Assembly (NCBI RefSeq): GCF_006345805.1
Contig: NC_042998.1
Location: 7,750,001 to 7,814,000 of the forward strand
From: Octopus sinensis
Taxonomy: Eukaryota
DNA: 64,000 nt
Direction of reading: 5' to 3'
Below the pieces are notes generated by a model. The model saw only the letters and a program-made list of their open reading frames with translations. It searched no databases and had not been told where the DNA came from. Of this stretch, positions 50,959 to 64,000 are shown piece by piece. How positions within the stretch are numbered: the first letter of the stretch is position 1; each line of letters opens with the position of its first letter. The position numbers and the translations under genes are program-made.

Positions 50959-52834
50959 GTGAGATTTGTATTTCCTGCGTTTAATTTCAATGGAAACTGC
51001 ACAATTTTAACCAGTGTATATAAACAGTTTCAGGTGTCTTATATCGAGTCGTTTGAGTCGTATCCATGAAACCCCCAAAATGATTTTAAATAAAATCATA
51101 ATAAGGGTATTCAAGTTTCGTATAATTACATACACAGACGTATTTCCATTTATCTTATTTATATATAGGGTACATTGGTACATTCCTGCATACAAATATA
51201 TACAATGGATAAAGAAATCAGGGAGAAAAGGAAATATAGGACGAATATAAAATAAAATGAAGCGAAATTAAAAGGAGAAACTTTCTATACAAATTTGTCT
51301 AAGTATTACATTTGAGGCTCCTCGAAATCGCTGTTTCATAGATATATATCTACATAAAATAGATATGAACAAAAAATACTGGAAACGTAACCTACGAATA
51401 ATAAGGCGTGGTTCTTTATCTGTTCACATAAAGGAATTGGATAGAGTGACAGTGAATATAAGAAAAGAAAACAAAAATTCATGTAAAGAAGTCATCGCAC
51501 TATGAAATGAAATTATATTTCGTTGTTAACATACCGAAACATTAATTGCTAGGAAGTTGTATTTACTTTTCATGTTTAGCTTTTGATCTTGAAGATACAC
51601 CTTGTACTAGTTTTCGTTCTGCTTGATTGTTTGACATTCTATGATTCGCTTGCTTATTATTTAGCTTTTGCTTTGGGTGAGAGATGATAAAATGCTGTAG
51701 GAAAATGTTTGAAATATCTAGCTAGGTTATTTGGGGGTTCACATTTCAATCCAGCCAGAATCGACTCTCCAAATTATCGTTCCGAAGAGCAGGTGATAAA
51801 CAGGCAATAGTCATCAAGTACTGAAATCAATACAATCCACCGCATCATCACTTATTTGTAGTCTCGTACATATGTTAGAAATTACTATCAGGAATAGTTG
51901 ATGAGATGTAGACGGAGAAATTGGTACCGCACTAGACATGATGTTCTGCAGTATTTAGAGATGTTCTTTGACGATTTAGCTGGTAACGTGAGCGATATAA
52001 ACATTCAGAGAAAGAGTGTGGTAAATATATATAAAGTGGGGGAAGTTTTTTTAATGAGAAAAGCGTAAAAGAGAGAAAAAATAGAGAGAGAAAGTGAACC
52101 AGACAGACAGAGGGTATCTTTTCTGTTGCTGTCACAAATTTTGAAATTTTAAAATTAAGTGAAGATCTTCAAATTTGGTATATTGATGTACTTTTTCATG
52201 TTGCATCCGATGTTGTGATTTATTCTAAAAAATTTTTAGAAAAATGTTACAGGGGTTTAAAATTTGATCATTTTTACCGAAGCAGAAAGGGTTTGGAAGC
52301 TAGCATCTTCTGTACATTAGCTGTCTATCATAAAATGAAAGTAAACGTTACAACTACGAAGTTTTAAACAAAATTATAGCAATTACATACCAAGAGACAG
52401 ACAGATAGAGAGAGAAAGAAAAGAGAACTGGAGAGAGGGTTGAATGAGAGAGAGAGAGAGGTGGGAGAGCAGCATGCCTGAGAGATATACATATACAGAC
52501 AGTGATAAAGAGTTTGGTAAACATATATAAAGAGGGGAAAAGCATGAAAGAGAAAGAGTCTGTTGGAGACAGATTGGGAGTGGGGTATTTGTGGATCAAA
52601 ATGTTGAATTATTTTGCGAAGAAAATAACATTTTTCGATTAATTATAACCGAATACCTTGTCGTCGGAATGCATATTCCGAAAACCAAATCCGTTTTTCT
52701 CGAGGTTGCACCGTTCGATGCCTTTTCTTGACATATTCACATACATACACACATACACTTTCGTTTATATAGTAGATTTATATATAACATATAACATGTG
52801 CACGTGTGTTTGCATGTGTGTGTGTGTGCGCGCG

Positions 52835-52877
<43 letters not shown>

Positions 52878-53050
52878 TTGTTTTAGAAAGCCCTATTAAT
52901 GTTTTTATTTTCGATATTTGGATCAATAGACGTTATACACAAAGAAAAAGAGTTAATAAAATTTGAAATAGAAATCAAAGCTGGCATGAAAAGACGTCTG
53001 AGGAGAAATTGAAACACGACGGTTGCAATTAGCCGTCACTGTTTGTACAG

Positions 53051-53087
53051 GAAACGCAAAGAACGGAAGACATTTTTAACGCGTTCT
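53051..53087 (+). CDS. Possible 37-nt exon (ETQRTEDIFNAF), unverified
   Basis: CTGTTTGTACAG|...GCGTTCT|GTAAGC; open in two frames. Confidence 0.15.
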
Positions 53088-53341
53088 GTAAGCTTTAGTG
53101 TCAAGCAATAGCAACGAGAAAATTTAAATTGACAATCGTCTGGCGATTTTAGCGCTGATGTCATCTCGTGGCTCGTACATTGGATGAATAAGATTGCCAG
53201 TAGAAATAAATATATTGTCATTTATTTCTATGTTTTAAACATCTCAAGTATCTATTTGAGTGATTGTGTGTGTGCGTGTGTGTGTGCACATGTGTGTGTA
53301 CGTCCATGTGTAAGTATGTATTAATATAAATATTTTTTTTT

Positions 53342-53621
53342 CGACCAGGCTATCAGATGTTGTTACACATCGCTGGTCACAATGCGCTACGCATTGTTTT
53401 ATGCCTTCAAATGACGCCACCCTGCTGGCTAAGCGAGCAGGCCAACAGAAGAAAGAGTGAGAGAAAGCTGTGGCGAAAGAGTACAGCAGGAATCGCCACC
53501 ACCCCCTGCCAGAGCCTCGTGGAGATTTAGGTGTTTTCGCTCAATAAACAGTCACAACGCCCGGTCTGGGAATCGAAACCGCGAGTCCGCTGCCCTAACC
53601 ACTAGGCCATTGCGCCTCCAC
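53342..53621 (-). mobile_element. Group C SINE
   Basis: Ends ACCACTAGGCCATTGCGCCTCCAC. Confidence 0.9.
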
Positions 53622-54188
53622 AATATAAATATAGAAACGTTCAAAGCTATACACTCACATTAACCCACCAGCTACATATACACAAGCTGACACATGGAAA
53701 GACAATTAGTCGATTCGTATCTGGTTATTAAGTATTGTAGCTTAGTCTACCCGGCTGTAAATATATAAATAACATGAAGGCAGAATTCGTCGCTGTAGGT
53801 ACAATATGAAGGATGAAGGCTGCGCTCAAATCCTCCTGCGATGATATCTTAAGAGAGAAGCAGTCTGTGGCAGTTGCTGTTGCTTAGCTGCACCGCATTA
53901 CAGTGATGTATAGAATACATTCCAATATTATGTAGATTGAGAGAGTGATTAATAGGATTATAGGATACATTGAGCAAACAGAAATGCTAATACACAAGTA
54001 GATAGATAGATGGATAGATACATACATACTTACATACATACATAAATACTTACATACATACATACATACATAAATGCATACATAGAAAGAGAGAGAGAGA
54101 CAGACAGAGGCACAGACACAGACAGATAGACGGATAGATAGATGGATAGACAGATAGACGGATAGATAGATGGATAGACAGATAGACG

Positions 54189-54234
<46 letters not shown>

Positions 54235-54299
54235 CACACAGACATATAGACACACAGAAAGTCACATAAACACACAGACAGACAGAAAGACACACAGAC

Positions 54300-54349
<50 letters not shown>

Positions 54350-54944
54350 CGAAAAAGGGACTGAGATCTACATACATACATACACACATATATGCATATA
54401 CGACAAATGTAAAATGACTTAGAGGATTAGGATTTGAACTGTGCAGTACAAGCGTCCAGTGTGTTTCTAGACAGAAATATTTCATATTCATGCTTCATTT
54501 CACCTAGATGGTAAAAATAAATATCTTTTCACGCCTTTGTCAGGATGACGGATGTGCCCATACCGTATGCTGTCCCTTTGAGCCCGGTAAGATTGATGTG
54601 GTTTATATTAAGCCTGAACATCAGTAAGTTGATGTATGTAGTGAACACGCGTGAGGAGAGTGACTTTGGGATAGCAATTATTCTGGGAAAATTGGTTGCT
54701 TTTGGTGAATAAGTTGGCTGGTGCGAGACACTAGTTGATGCGAGTTTGAATGGAGAATCTATGATAAACTGGTGTTTTACATGCGGGATATTTCAATCGC
54801 TCTCCCACTCGTTTCCACAAAACTGGGACCTAGAATTGGGTCTAGAAAGCGTCTGAAGAGCTTTCGAAACGTTTACCTTCTCTATACACCTTAATAGAAC
54901 AAGAGATACGTTGTAAACAACAGGTAAATTTTAAGGTATGCTCA

Positions 54945-55094
54945 AAACCACATGGTTCTGGGTTCAGTCCCACTGCGTGGCACCTTGGGCAAGTGTCTTC
55001 TACTATAGCCTCGGGCCGACCAAAGCCTTGTGAGTGGATTTGGTAGACGGAAACTTAAAGAAGCCCGTCGTATATATGTGTATATATATATATT

Positions 55095-55142
<48 letters not shown>

Positions 55143-55328
55143 TGTGCGCGCGCGTTTGTGTGTCTGTTTTCTTCCAACATAGCTTGACAAACGATGCTGG
55201 CGTGTTTACATCCCGTAACTTAGCGGTTCGGCAAAATAGACCGATAGAATAAGTCCTGGAATCGATTTGCTCGACTAAAGGCAGTGCTCCAGCATGGCTG
55301 CAGTCAAATGACTGAAACAAGTAAAACA
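54945..55328 (+). mobile_element. Group A SINE, slightly 5'-truncated
   Basis: CCACATGGTTCTGGGTTCAGTCCCACTGCGTGGCACCTTGGGCAAG...GACTGAAACAAGTAAAAC. Confidence 0.9.
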
Positions 55329-56224
55329 ATATATTCCCTAGTGCATACACACACACACAAGATAAATTCTAATTTCTACTCCATAGAACATCTTTGAAGA
55401 TGCAGAATTAAGTTTTTACGGCGAATTCTTCATGAATATGTCAATGAAAGAGAATAACACTAAGAATTCAAAATACATGAAATATTCATACAGCAAAATT
55501 AATCTGTTGATGAGAGCAATTATTTTTAGGAAGCAGAGTAATTATAATGTAATGATGGTGATATCTTTTTTGTGTATTTAGATTTTTCAGTTATTTTTGT
55601 TTCACTGTACACCAGCACACGAACAGTCATGACATGAAAATCGGGGCACTACTCGCATCTAGACTTCTTGGTTAGAAATTTCATTGGGATCACAGTATAG
55701 TCTAAGTCAATGGAGCTCACTTGGAAACCGTTTCTGATAAGTAGGATGCACCCTAGGGTTCAAATTTTATCTTGTGAAATTTTCGACTGCGCAGTCATAT
55801 ATTTGATGTTAAATGTAAACACACACGCCCAAACCTATGCAGATAATAGCACACTTCACCCCTTCAGCTATAAATCTCTTGGTAAGTCTGCAGTACGTCT
55901 ATGAATACAGAGCTCATAAATATCCTGCGATAGGAACATGCTAGCTTGTATTTATTTCTCAGAAGCAAAACAGTCAATAAACATACGAAGAAAACACGCA
56001 ATACCTTCCTTACGAACAAGCCCTAACTAAGTTCCTGCGATTCTTTTTTTTTTTTTTTCTAGTGACCACATGTCTATAATAACTAAAACTGTATTCCAAA
56101 ACCTAAGTACCTATTGAGTAGCATAAATAGTGCTGACAATACAAAACACACAAACATCTTCCATTATGCTACGACTAAAATATCTGAGAATGTTCAACTC
56201 TGCAGCTATTACATTTTTATTTAT

Positions 56225-56533
56225 TTATGCACCCTTTTCAAGCCTAGCCAGGCTCATGGGCCCGGTTTCCCGGTTTCTATGGCGTATGTGTCCCCCCCCC
56301 AGCTGGACGGGACTCCAGTCAATCGCAGCGTTACTCAAGAAACAGGAAGAAAGAGTGAGAGAAATTTGGAGCGAAAGAGTACAACAGGGGTTGCCAATAT
56401 CTCCTGCTGGAGCCTCACGGAGCTTTAAGTGTTTCCACTCAATAAACACACATAACGCCTGGTCTGGGAATCGAAACCGCGATCCTCCGACAGCGAGTCC
56501 ACTGCCCTAACCACTGGGCCATTGCGCCCCCAC
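56225..56533 (-). mobile_element. Group C SINE with alternative tail
   Basis: Group C head; tail TACGCCATAGAAACCGGGAAACCGGGCCCATGAGCC shared with 11098-11392. Confidence 0.8.
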
Positions 56534-59500
56534 GGCGATTACATACAAAGGCATTTTAAAAATTACATCAAAAAATCATAACAGGTCTGACAGGCAAACC
56601 TTTCCATACCAAAACATCGTATTCACTAGCTCAACGATCCACAGCGTCCTCCATTTGCTTCTTCTGCTTAAAGAAACTAGCAAACTGTCAGACAAGAAAT
56701 ACATCCATGTATCCATCTTCCTCGTCATCAATGCTCTGCCTCTCTACCAAACCACGACTAAAAAGTATTTGCATATTTAACAAGTAACAGCAATGATTCT
56801 TCTAGAAAACAAGTATAGATAACGTTTCTAACACTGCCAAAGATTCAACGCTAATAATCTGAAATTTCTTTATAACCATTTAGGATTTCAAACAGAAAAA
56901 AACCATTGTTTTTCATTAACTCTGGAAATTATATTCTATGTCTATAGTGAAATGTTTTTACACTGAAGTTTTGGAGACGGTTAAACGCAAGTTTAAATAT
57001 CGTTCATTTAACACTTCAGACTTTCTGCCTTTCATTGCTCTTAAAGAGCCGCTAAAAGGAATACTAAGTATATATTTCTTTCTAATTTTGGCACAAGAAT
57101 GACAGGAAAAGTCGAGCTCAAGGGAAAGATAAGCTGCTAAGGGTTTTGTTCGGCGCGGTAACAGTTCTACCATCTCGTCGCCAAAATACTAGTTATATAT
57201 TGAAAGATACCAATGTTACTCGATTGCTTCCGTCCCACACTTTAAAATATGGTTTTCTGATACAGAAATCAATATTTTGTGCAACTGAATAACCCGAAAT
57301 CATTTTACGATCGGCAAATAATGTAGTAGATGCACAACACATATATGTTTTTCTCCACTTGTCCTCACCTTATTATTTTCATCACCATCAGCGTTGAAGA
57401 AATCTCTACGTAATTAGTCATTTGACCTGCTAGAAAAAGAAACCGAATCAACCGAATACAGTCATGGATACACTAGGCCTTCCGTAGTTTATAAAAAAAA
57501 GTGCGATAGTCGTGTTGGAATTCCTTTCATCATAAGCTCTTCTCGTATACAGATGATCTAGGGCAAAATTCTTCAAAGACGGAGGTACTTCATACACAAC
57601 TAATTCAACTAAATACTGCTATGCACAGAGGAATTTCCACTATATCTCTATGCTGTTTCTGTGCTGCTAAAATCTCTTCTGCAAATATTCAAAAGCTAAC
57701 TTTAAAAAAGCCTTCCACACCCTCCTTATTTTTCTTATCTTTCTCCTTTAGATTATTATCTATTGAAACATTTTCAAAATTATTTTAACAAAAAACATTA
57801 TTCTTATTTAGATGACCTAAAATTCCACATGTGTATTATTTTAGCCTCAAAACCTTGAATTATACAAACATGCCGGCAAAAAAATATTATATACTGTTAT
57901 TAATGGAAATCATAATAGATATAAAAGAACATCTTAAGTTTTTTTCTGTTATCTATTTGTTTGTTTCTTCTTCTGTTTGTCTTCTTTTATGCATTAAAGT
58001 TTTGGGTGAATGGGTGCAGATATGGGTGTGTACAAACGTGTGTTCATGTTCTGCCGTATAAAAATATGGAAGTACTCAACACATTAGAATTGTGCGGAGA
58101 TTAATTACCCAATCCTAAAGGTCAGCTTTACGATGTTGCTAGATATGGGTTAGCAATTGCATGTTTTTTTATTATCTTTTTACAAGGAGGAAGGTAGTAC
58201 ACATGTTCCTTCAAAGGGTCACCAAGATTAGTGGGAGATAGAGACGAGGGTATCACGAAACTGCAGACCTAGTCTGAATACTTGAAACAGAGTTAACTCC
58301 GCTAAACACACCCAAGGTAGAAGGTAATTAATTGTATTACACCAGGTGGTAGATTAAATTTACCACCCAAATAATAATAGGAATTATTGTTTTTAACATA
58401 GACGAAAAGCCTTAAATTTCGGAGAAGCGATTAGTCGACTAAATCGAGCTTAGTAGTTGAGCGCTATTCTATTTTATTTTAGGCAAAGCTGATTTTAGGA
58501 GAGTTGAGTTCAAAATATAAAGTGCCGGAACAGTTAGGCAAAGCATTTTATCCAAGCCAGAAATGATTCTACCGATTCATCGCCCTTAACAATAACAACA
58601 ACATCAATAATGATAACACTGGTTTCAAATTTTGCCACAAGGGCAGCAATTTTGGGGGAGGGGATTAGTCGATTACAGGAACATAGATTCTGAAAGCAGT
58701 CCCATTCAAGTGCGCCATTTTCGCCAGTCTCATGAATATCACGTGAAGGACAAACTTTTCTCTCCAACATCATCTTCCTAAGAAGAATTTGAAAAAGTAG
58801 AGGATTGCTTCATCGATAAAAGTAGTGACTTTAATACTTTCAGTCTTGTCAATTATGCAATCTCTTTTGACATGATCACTACATAGAGGAAAATTGCCTG
58901 CTCACCCAGGCCAAAGAAGGTAGTTGGGTAGAACTCACGAAAGACTGGGCTGATGGTTGGATCTCTCCTATACCCAGTAACAGTTGTACAACCTACCATC
59001 GCAGATGAGTAATGTATAAACAGAGGACTACTAATTATAGAACAGTTTTGCTACCCTGCATGAAGCTCGAACAATCCTGATTCTTTTAGAGTTCATTCCG
59101 AGCAGACAATATCTGTGGGATCAATGGTGGATCAGAGAATTTTGGAGGTTTCCATTGTTACTAGGCTGAAACTCTATCCGATTAGGCTGATCAACTGATC
59201 ATCGTTGACTCAGAGTCTCGCCGAGGACCTAGTCATTTTTGCCAAATGCGAACAATTATAGAACGCAAGGGGTGACCTACGAACAACCGTGTTGCCAGAC
59301 GCATAAATAACTATGAAAAACAAATAACATTCCAAGTGTCAGGCACCCAGTCTTAGTATTCGCTTAATCCAGCATCGTTGTATCAAAGAGACAAGATGTG
59401 GGGAAAAGTGCCGGACAATTGACAACCTGAATGACTTGCAATACCATCCTGTATCGCTGCAGATCTCGCAGCCTCTAAACATGCCTTTGCAATTTTAGTT

Positions 59501-59825
59501 TTGTTACAGCGAGCCTTTTGTGCAGAGTGTATAGGCAGAAGTTGCATTTTATGAGCAGTGGGATGTGTCCCTTCCTTAACAAGCGAACGAGAGGACACTG
59601 TGATCAGTTCAAATGACAAATGAAGAAACTTATAACCTCAGATAGTAATAAATAACGGAGCCAATATGTCTTCGCTACAAACCGTTACTCATTTTGTGTT
59701 TTTAGTCATCAGTTATAAAAGAAATCATGGTAATGGAAATGTTTTATTGGAAAGTCTAAAATATTTTCATTATTAAAACCAGTCTGTAGGCACGTATTTT
59801 GCGTAGTTTTACATACTAATTTTTC

Positions 59826-60122
59826 ATCAGTAGTTAGTTAGTTAGTTAATTTTTTGGCTCAAAAAGCAAAAAGCAAGGCCATGTATGGGGACATGGAGTT
59901 ATGTACAGGGTGGTGTTCATGTAAAGAGTTCAGGCCACTTGTGGTCAAAGGAAACTTTGAACCGAGCGGTCGTCGGCATCTTCACCATCTCGTCCGGCAG
60001 CTTATTCCACGGATTCGCAACCCGGATGGAGAAAGCCCCTCTCCTTCGATTGAGATGAAATCGTCGCAGATAGAGCTTTTCGGAATGACCCCGACGCTCT
60101 GAAGCAGGAGTGAAGAACATTG
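59826..60122 (-). mobile_element. CR1/L2-type LINE 3' end
   Basis: RGHSEKLYLRRFHLNRRRGAFSIRVANPWNKLPDEMVKMPTTARFKVSFDHKW (typical CR1 C-terminus); (CTAA)n-like tail. Confidence 0.85.
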
Positions 60123-61604
60123 TATTCTCGTTTTATTTGACACAACGCAAGACAACGAGGTAACATCATGCTTGCGTGCTTGACATAGCAGCTAAATTTA
60201 CCCCAAATCATAAGCCATCACCTTAAACAAGAGAGGATGCATTTAGATAGTATATTCCTATATGTCTTTGATATTAGTTTTGTTCTTTCAATGTTGACCT
60301 GAAATAAACAACAACAGAAATGGCAAAGACAACGGGCTCGCATTCTTCAAATCACTGCACGTGTACGTGTATGAGGTGTGTGGTCGGGGTTAGGTTCCGA
60401 ATAAACACGTCACACCTGCAGTATTCTATATAAATCAAATGTGATCTTGTACAAGACATTCTTTACGTTGATAAACAACGATAGAGAGGTCCACCATTAC
60501 ACTAAGATCTATATAATTCTATTATGAAAAGTTGTTATATGATATGACTTTTACTGTCAAGTATTTGGTTGTAAAGTCTAGATAAAAAAACAAGTTTTCA
60601 TCTTTAAAGTAGTTTACTTAAAGCTGACTGATTTTATTATCGACATTTATCGGATTATGCAGTAAACATCAGTTCTTTTTCTTTCAAAAACAGTGTTGAA
60701 TAATTATCAAACAACTTGTCGTTCTAGAATGAAAACAGAATTATGACTAGAAACATCAGGTATTGTGATTCTTTCTGCCTTTGTTGATGAAAACAAGTTT
60801 GCCTGAGGAACGAAGCGAGTCAATAATTATCAAAAGTAGATTGACCCGAAACACGCAAGATATGAAACTTCAAAGAACAATGAATGTTCGTGAAGATATA
60901 TTTGAATGCGCATAACCCTGATTATTGGCGGAGATCTCGTTGCCTACTGATAAATCTTTACTGAAAACTTTAAGATATTGTAGTCTTCAGGCTATTGAAA
61001 CGAATGTTCAGTCCTTGACAATCTCAAACCGCTTATCTAAAATGTGAAAACAGAAAAGAAGAAAGACTATGATGACAGTTAAGACTATACTGAATCTTAT
61101 TCTCAGCTTATGGTTTCCGTAAAGCCAGACCAGATCTACCTTACCTATACAGCTCGAGCGTTCTTGGTACTTTAGTGATGTCTAGTATAAAATCGATCCA
61201 GGCATTAGTTTTCCATCTTTACCTTTGTCTTTATTGGATCTCAGATCTTAGTCCTCCTTAGTAAACAATTCACCTACTCAGTCCCCTAAAGAACTGAAAT
61301 TAGGTTCACTAGAATTCTTCCATGCTCTTATCTTCCCAATAGACATCAATCTGTTAATTTAATAGAGCAATCTGAGAATAATTTAATCAGGTGTTTGTCG
61401 CATTTAAGTTTACCTAGATTCGAAGTGAGTCAACGAAATAACACTATTTTAGGCCAAAGCAGCCAAATTTACTTTCAATCATACTTCAGCGTTTAGGAAT
61501 ATTTAAGGTTGGGTATTCATACACAACCTTAAAAAAAGACAAGTTAGTGTAGGCTGGAATACGTTCAAACACGACATCATCTTTATCAAATATTGTAGGT
61601 CCTA

Positions 61605-61815
61605 AGGCGGCGAGCTGGCAGAACCCTTAGCATGGCGGGCGAAATGCTTAGCGGTATTTCATCCGTCTTTATGTTCTGAGTTCAAGTTCCGCCGAGGTCG
61701 AGTTTGCCTTTCATCTTTTCGGGCTTAATAAAATAAGTACCAATTGATCACTGGGGTCGATGTAATCGACTCACCCTCTACTCTGAAACTTCTGGTCTCG
61801 TGCCAAAATTTGAAA
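61605..61815 (+). mobile_element. Group B SINE monomer
   Basis: GGCGGCGAGCTGGCAGAA...GTTCAAGTTCCGCCGAGGTCGAG. Confidence 0.85.
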
Positions 61816-61937
61816 CCAATATTCACATCGGAAAATATAATACAGAATACATATAATAAAATATTTATAATATATAATAAAAACCCTTTGCTTTTTCTTT
61901 CTGTTCCCCCCCCCCGTTTTTTTTTACTGATTTATAG

Positions 61938-61975
61938 TAATCACGATCTTCAACGATCCTGATGCTCAAACTGAA
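61938..61975 (+). CDS. Possible 38-nt exon (xITIFNDPDAQTE), unverified
   Basis: Long pyrimidine tract ...TTTTTACTGATTTATAG| and donor GAA|GTAAGT; only one frame is open (phase 1 to 0). Confidence 0.2.
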
Positions 61976-63616
61976 GTAAGTCCAGAATGATCCACTTCGA
62001 AGAACAGATTGTTAGATAAGACACTTTAAATAAATTTTATGAAGCCAGAACCTACATAATAGATCAGAGATAAAGAAATTCCGCTCTAAAATAGTACGAA
62101 CTTTATCAACAACAGTAATAATACTGTGTGCAACATCTGTTAGCGTTCTCTCAGAGTAAGAGCACGCTTTCTTCCATAGAACAATGAATTAATATTAACA
62201 GTGTTTGTGTTATTTTTATATAGATTGAACAAGATAAACCACTTTCCTCTAATTAACAAGTTATATAATAATACGGTTTTCCGAAAATTCCATAATATAC
62301 AAAATAGAAGCCTGTAGAGGCTGAAATGGAACAACATTGAAGATTAGTTAAATAAACTTATAGTTTCAAGGACAGTGTGAAATTTTGATGCCCTTAGTTG
62401 TAGTTATTATAGTAAGTAATATACCCAAGTTATTAATACAATCAAATTACAAAATGCTACTATCATAAGAATTGAGCCCATATCGAATTCAAAACTAAAT
62501 ATTTGATTTTTTTTTTCTTTCATAAATTTTGCCTTCTGTTCTCTAAATAGTATCGTTTACTGACATTGAATATTAAAAGTAAACAATATAGTAATTATCA
62601 ATTACGCTTGGTTTATATCAGTTTTGTCTTTTGCTTTTTTTTAATTTCTTATGGCGAAGACGAATTTTCGACAAGCGGAATCAGCAACAGATTTGATTCT
62701 AGGTTGAACCAGTTTACTTTATTTATCTTGTATTTCATCTTATTTTCATAGTTTTCAGACGCAGTCTTTAGCTTAGAGGAAGACACTGCTAGGCTGATTT
62801 AAACTAAACACTGCATGAAGATGAAACCCTTGGCGGTGACACAAGAGCCACCGATGCGTAACGCGATTAGATTTACTACATTTATTCTAAATGCTGTTAA
62901 GTATGAAAAGGTGTCAGTTAAACCTACCTTTTGAACTCAACCTTGGCTCCGCGTATTTATGTGAAGTCAACGACATTAGACATTAAATGATATTTAACAG
63001 ATTCGAATACCAGACTTTCTTTTGATTCTCAAACCCGCCTGGTGAGCAGCTTATTATAAGATGCTTAAGCTTCAACGGTATATATAACTGAAAATCTATA
63101 CGGCAGAAGTCACGAATCGCTAGAAAACAATTTATCCGACAGTGGCTACGATTCATTACACAACTTATGATAGCTATTTTGTATTATACATTGCTTATAA
63201 GAATTTACCAACAGGTAAAGTGCCAGTGTAATAATAACATTACAGACAGGAGAGAAATGAAGGAGAAAAAGAAGACCTTTTTTATAAAAAGCCTTCTTTT
63301 TCTCCTTTCGTCTCTCACCTGTGGGATTAACATTACAATGACACTTTATTTTTCACTCTTCATACGCTGGGTTTCTGACTCTTTAGGCTCTGAGTTCAAA
63401 TCCCATCGAGATCAACTTTGCCATTCATGCTTTCTGGATCTCTAAAACATAGTACTGGTCAAGTACTGGGGTAGATGGCATTCGCTAACAACCTCTCTTC
63501 AAAACTGCTGGCTTTCTGCCTAAATGAGAATCTATCATTATATGCTTGATTTTTATATTACATTGATTTTTGATACAGGCCCAAACTTCAAATGTGACAT
63601 ATATGTATATTGGTGT

Positions 63617-64000
63617 TTAGGCGGTGAGCTGGCAGAAACGTTAGCACGCCGGGCGAAATGCGTAGCCGTGTTTCGTCTGTCGTTACATTGTGAGTTCAAA
63701 TTCCGCCGAGGTCGACTTTGCCTTTCATACTTTCGGGGTCGATAAATTAAGTACCAGTTACGAACTGGGGTCGATAATAATCGACTTAATCCGTTTGTCT
63801 GTCCTTGTTTGTCCTCTCTGTGTTTAGCCCCTTGTGGGTAATAAAGAAATAGGTATTTCGTCTGCCGCTACGTTCTGAGTTCAAATTCCACCGAGGTCGA
63901 CTTTGCCTTTCATCCTTTCGGGGTCGACAAATAAAGTACCAGTTTCGCACTGGGGTCGATATAATCGACTTAATCCGTTTGTCTGTCCTTGTTTTTTCCT
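63617..64000 (+). mobile_element. Group B SINE multimer running off the window end
   Basis: Head GGCGGTGAGCTGGCAGAAAC plus two units joined by AAAGAAATAGGTATTTCGTC. Confidence 0.9.

Noticed and set aside
55387-55630. 64-codon frame (..YSYSKINLLMRAIIFRKQSNYNVMMVISFLCI*IFQLFLFHC) vaguely like a pLGIC beta10-M1 region
   Set aside because: In-frame stop, no conserved Pro or GEK motifs, opposite strand and 18 kb from the 37.5-kb ORF; likely a chance resemblance.

Overview
This is AT-rich, microsatellite-dense animal genomic DNA, almost certainly intronic or intergenic. The dominant tRNA-derived SINEs match the organisation of Octopus SINEs, so a cephalopod (Octopus) origin is inferred. No host gene can be identified with confidence, and nearly all ORF-track entries are translations of (TA)n/(CA)n/(GATA)n/(GAAA)n tracts or of SINEs. 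Supported features: four recurrent SINE groups (labelled A-D here); fragments of RTE, BovB-like, CR1 and R4/Dong-type LINEs; two Penelope-like (PLE) GIY-YIG fragments; a decayed DD41D Tc1/mariner; two TA-flanked MITEs; and a Helentron-like element. The most interesting signal is a set of (TA)n-embedded fold-back elements with the same geometry: a long minus-strand arm and a short inverted arm. One carries two mirror-image minimal hammerhead ribozyme motifs (17619-17701). A separate hammerhead with an intact core sits at the 3' end of a PLE relic (33001-33047). Also notable are a five-unit 184-bp SINE concatemer flanked by a 13-bp target-site duplication, an (AAT)n nest holding three SINEs and an R4/Dong LINE, and a borderline Cys-loop-receptor-like ORF (37314-37670). 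All calls were made by eye; repeat boundaries are approximate unless exact motifs are quoted.
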